From positions 111,739 through 131,738 of the forward strand of contig JAWLHB010000022.1 of the NCBI GenBank assembly GCA_041690595.1: DNA of 20,000 bases, read 5' to 3'. This document shows, piece by piece, positions 17,516 to 20,000 of the stretch (its first letter is position 1; the number at the start of each line of letters is the position of its first letter). The notes below the pieces were generated by a model. It was given only the letters and a program-made list of their open reading frames with translations. It did not search any database and was not told the DNA's origin. Source of the DNA: Lentisphaeria bacterium (GTDB lineage Bacteria > Verrucomicrobiota > Lentisphaeria > JABSQK01 > JAWLHB01). Made by a program: the position numbers and the translations under genes.

Positions 17516-18496
17516 ATGGGGCGAGTAAAGGTCGGGGTGATCGGGGTCGGGGTCCTGGGCAATCATCATGCCAGGCTTTATCGTGAATGTCAGGAGGCGG
17601 AGCTGGTAGGCGTCTATGACGTCAACGCGGAGACTGCCGCCCGCATCGCCCAGGCTTACGACTGCCAGGCCTTCACGGAGATTGCCGCACTCGCGGAGCA
17701 GACCGATGCGTTGAGCGTGGCGGTTCCCACGGATCGCCATTTTGCCGTCGCCTCCCAGTTGCTCAATCTGGGCAAGCACGTGCTGGTGGAGAAGCCGATG
17801 GCCTCCAATCTCGAGGAGGGGCGGCAACTGGTGGAGCTGGCGAACCGTCGGCAACTGGTGCTTCAGGTCGGACACGTGGAGAACTTCAATCCTGTCATCA
17901 CCTATCTGGAAGAGCGCATCGACAATCCTCGCTTCATCGAAGCGCATCGTCTTGCCTCCTATCCGCCCCCGCGTCCCGGCATGCCCCCCCGCGGCACGGA
18001 GGTCGGCGTCGTCTACGATCTGATGATTCACGACATCGACATCATCCTTCACCTGGTCAACAGCGAGATCATCCGCATCGATGCGGTGGGCATTCCGGTG
18101 CTGAGTCCCACCGAGGACATTGCCAACGCGCGCCTGGCCTTCGCCAACGGCTGCGTCGCCAACATCACCGCCAGTCGTGTCAGCCAGGAACAGATGCGCA
18201 AGATACGCGTCTTCCAGGGCGATGCCTACCTGAGCCTGGATTATGGCGCCCATAAGGGCGAGATCTGCCTGCTGCGCGGTCACCAGATCGAGCGCGAGGA
18301 AGTCCCGATCAACAAGCACAATGCCCTGCTCAAGGAACTGGAAACCTTCATCCAGTGCGTGCAGGCACGGCAGTCCGGCCTTTTTCCCGAACCGGCCGTT
18401 TCGGGGTTGCGCGCCCAGCATGCCATGGAGATTGCCGAGCAGATCCTGCAGGCCATCGAGGTAACCCGCCGACAGGGCACCATACAGCCTGCCTGA
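17516..18496 (+). CDS. Gfo/Idh/MocA oxidoreductase, GnnA-like (UDP-GlcNAc 3-dehydrogenase-like subgroup)
   Basis: Likely start is ATG 17516 (MGRVKVGVIGVGVLGNHHAR). AVPTDRH, HVLVEKPM, LQVGHVENFNP, FIEAHRL, DLMIHDID, ANITASRVS, and RKIRVFQ..YLSLDY resemble GnnA-type proteins. The family call is firm; the subfamily is inference. Confidence 0.85.
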   Translation: MGRVKVGVIGVGVLGNHHARLYRECQEAELVGVYDVNAETAARIAQAYDCQAFTEIAALAEQTDALSVAVPTDRHFAVASQLLNLGKHVLVEKPMASNLEEGRQLVELANRRQLVLQVGHVENFNPVITYLEERIDNPRFIEAHRLASYPPPRPGMPPRGTEVGVVYDLMIHDIDIILHLVNSEIIRIDAVGIPVLSPTEDIANARLAFANGCVANITASRVSQEQMRKIRVFQGDAYLSLDYGAHKGEICLLRGHQIEREEVPINKHNALLKELETFIQCVQARQSGLFPEPAVSGLRAQHAMEIAEQILQAIEVTRRQGTIQPA

Positions 18497-18506
18497 GGGG
18501 ACGATC

Positions 18507-18605
18507 AGCGGGGCGCTGCCCCGAACCCCGCTGGGGAGGCGCACCTCCCCAGACCCCTCGTCGCTTCCTGTCGGGATCAGGAGATCGGATCTCCAGTTCC
18601 CGACA
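18507..18605. repeat. GC-rich palindrome cluster (REP/MITE-like), possibly also a transcription terminator region
   Basis: GGGGC-gct-GCCCC (18510-18522), CTGGGGAGG-cgca-CCTCCCCAG (18531-18552), and TGTCGGGA...GGAGATC-g-GATCTCC...TCCCGACA (18569-18605), just after the stop at 18496. Confidence 0.6.
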
Positions 18606-18810
18606 AGCTATGGGGAAAGAAGGCGAGACGGGGATGCGGGGGCTCGGCGCTATCCGCGCTCCCAAGTGTGCTGCCCCATCGGCCTGAAAGCCGGTCTCCA
18701 ACGGGGGAGCGCAGGTGCTTGACATGTTGAAGGCAATCGCCGGGCGGCTGGCGCCGCCCCAATAAGTCCCGTGTAATTGAGCTTATGCGGGGAGGGGGCG
18801 ACGGCGTGGA

Positions 18811-18905
18811 CGCAACCCCGAATTGGGGTTGATGGGTGGGCGGGCAGTATACCCAGGGTAGCCACAAGGGCAACCCTGGGCTATGGGGCGCAGCCCCGTT
18901 GGGGC
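18811..18905. repeat. Three-hairpin REP-like element
   Basis: CAACCCC-gaatt-GGGGTTG (18813-18831); CCCAGGGTAGCC-acaag-GGCAACCCTGGG (18852-18880); GCCCC-gtt-GGGGC (18893-18905). The outer hairpins are near-direct repeats (cgcaaccccg / cgcagccccg). Confidence 0.65.
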
Positions 18906-19107
18906 AAGGGGCGAAAAGAGACGCCGGTTTCTGTGAAATTGAGCTCAAGCGGGAGGATGGCATTGGGTTGGACTAATGAAGAAGTATGTCCGGGTGGAGA
19001 CTCCCGCGTTGGGAGAGGAGGCAAGCATTCCTGATAGTCCGGCAGTGGTCCGGAAAGATGCGCTCTGCCCAGACGCGGGAAGCACATGCTTGGCAAGCTG
19101 AGGGCAA

Positions 19108-19132
19108 TCGCCGTCCGGAGGCTGCCTCCCAC
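19108..19132 (-). repeat. GTRG-type REP-like element
   Basis: Minus strand GTGG-GAGGC-A-GCCTC-CGGACG-GCGA: GTRG foot, palindrome and GCGA end. Related copies at 19528-19548 and 19904-19929. Confidence 0.55.
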
Positions 19133-19188
19133 GTTAAGAGCGGCTTGAACCGGAGCGATGAGGGGCAATAAAAAGTTTCCTACATAGC

Positions 19189-19216
19189 TTGACTTTTGAG
19201 TTTGGACATCTATGGT
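19189..19216 (+). promoter_or_regulatory. Putative sigma70 promoter
   Basis: TTGACT (19189-19194), 16 nt, TATGGT (19211-19216), preceded by an A/T tract (aataaaaagttt); about 50 nt upstream of ATG 19266. Confidence 0.45.
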
Positions 19217-19265
19217 ATGGATTGTTCGTCGGATTGGGGCTACAGCTTTCTTCTGGGGGGTGGCG

Positions 19266-19958
19266 ATGAGGGGACTTAACGAGAGAATGCGGCGGTTTGC
19301 GGGGGAGTATGTGAAGGACTTCTGTCCGGTGAATGCGGCGGTGCGGGCAGGTTATGCGGAGTCGTTTGCGAAAATTCGTGCGTTGGAGTTGCTGAAGGAT
19401 GGTCGGGTGCAGTTGCTGGTGCGGGAGTTGGTGGTGACGAGTCGTGCGCAGGTGAAGGGGTATCGGTATCTGGTGAAGAGGGATTTGGCGGAACTTGTGG
19501 CAAGGCGAGCGACGGGGGAGAATTGTCGTCGCGGTTCGGAGAAGCCCTTAAATGTTGAGCCGTCCGATCCGTCGGAGGACGGTACCGAGGTTTTGACCGA
19601 GGATTCGGCTGAGACGTCGGGGGAGGGCACCGATGTTTTGGCTGAGGATTTGGGGAGGGGCGAGGCGCGGCATGCCACTCAGGGGAGTGGCGTGGCCAAG
19701 GAGCGCGGGAAGGGTGATGGAGATTGGGGAGTGGCAACGTCCAACGCCGGAGCCACTCAGGCGAGTGGCGTGCCCAGGAAAGGCACCGAGGTTTCGACCG
19801 AGGATTTGGCTGAGAGGTCGGATGACGGCACCGAGGTATTGACCGAGGATTCGGCTGAGAGGTCGGTGAACGGCAATGGCAGGGCCGTAGGGAACGGCCC
19901 AAGTCGCGGTTCGGAGAACCCCTCCCAACTATGTATGCCTTCAAGTGTTCATGGCTAA
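19266..19958 (+). CDS. Phage terminase small subunit-like N-terminal domain fused to repeat-derived acidic low-complexity tail
   Basis: MRGLNERMRRFAGEYVKDFCPVNAAVRAGYAESFAKIRALELLKDGRVQLLV matches the TerS (Terminase_2-type) pattern L..kq..F..EY..d.n...AA.RAGYs...A...a..lL....v. The tail has 4x GTEVLTEDSAExS-like units. Confidence 0.7.
   Translation: MRGLNERMRRFAGEYVKDFCPVNAAVRAGYAESFAKIRALELLKDGRVQLLVRELVVTSRAQVKGYRYLVKRDLAELVARRATGENCRRGSEKPLNVEPSDPSEDGTEVLTEDSAETSGEGTDVLAEDLGRGEARHATQGSGVAKERGKGDGDWGVATSNAGATQASGVPRKGTEVSTEDLAERSDDGTEVLTEDSAERSVNGNGRAVGNGPSRGSENPSQLCMPSSVHG
19571..19875 (+). repeat. Interrupted 45-bp in-frame tandem repeat (2+2 copies plus a partial)
   Basis: GG(T/C)ACCGA(G/T)GT.T.G.C.GAGGATT(C/T)GG units start at 19581, 19626, 19782 and 19827, with a partial at 19872; spacing is exactly 45 bp within each pair. 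Confidence 0.85.
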
Positions 19959-20000
19959 AAGATCTCCAGATTTTTTATGAATGGCTGCGACGAGTGCGTC

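Noticed and set aside
18577..19171. Short ORFs in the palindrome-rich intergenic region (18577..18963, 18777..19034, 18881..19168, 18986..19171)
   Set aside because: Pro/Gly/Arg-rich translations of GC hairpins with no motifs; no transposase, toxin or tRNA is recognisable.
19571..19875. 45-bp periodic repeats as a CRISPR array
   Set aside because: Units are contiguous with no unique spacers, degenerate, a multiple of 3 and in frame within an ORF; no cas genes are present.

Overview
High-GC bacterial DNA, most consistent with a PVC-superphylum organism (Lentisphaerota/Kiritimatiellota/Planctomycetota-like). This is inferred from paired prepilin-type 'FTLIELLVV...H-X9-DG' genes sitting among large carbohydrate-enzyme-like genes. 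Positions 1-15135 form one tightly coupled minus-strand operon, in order: GntR-HTH/LacI-type regulator; 725-aa GH42-like-architecture protein; two tandem paralogous giant secreted proteins (1340 and 1139 aa, GH-A-like barrel with atypical motifs plus a C-terminal CBM-like domain); two DUF1559-type pilin-like proteins; a GH123/DUF4091-like protein; and a secreted TPR-like protein that runs off the left edge and is missing from the ORF track. It resembles a polysaccharide-utilisation locus with pilin-like genes and no visible SusC/D or ABC transporter. A Gfo/Idh/MocA oxidoreductase lies upstream. Divergently transcribed are tatC-tatA and a GnnA-like Gfo/Idh/MocA gene. These are followed by ~700 bp dense in REP-like palindromes, then an ORF with a phage terminase-small-subunit-like N-terminus whose tail is built from 45-bp repeats and REP-like elements. 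All family calls come from motifs recognised by eye; no database searches were run.
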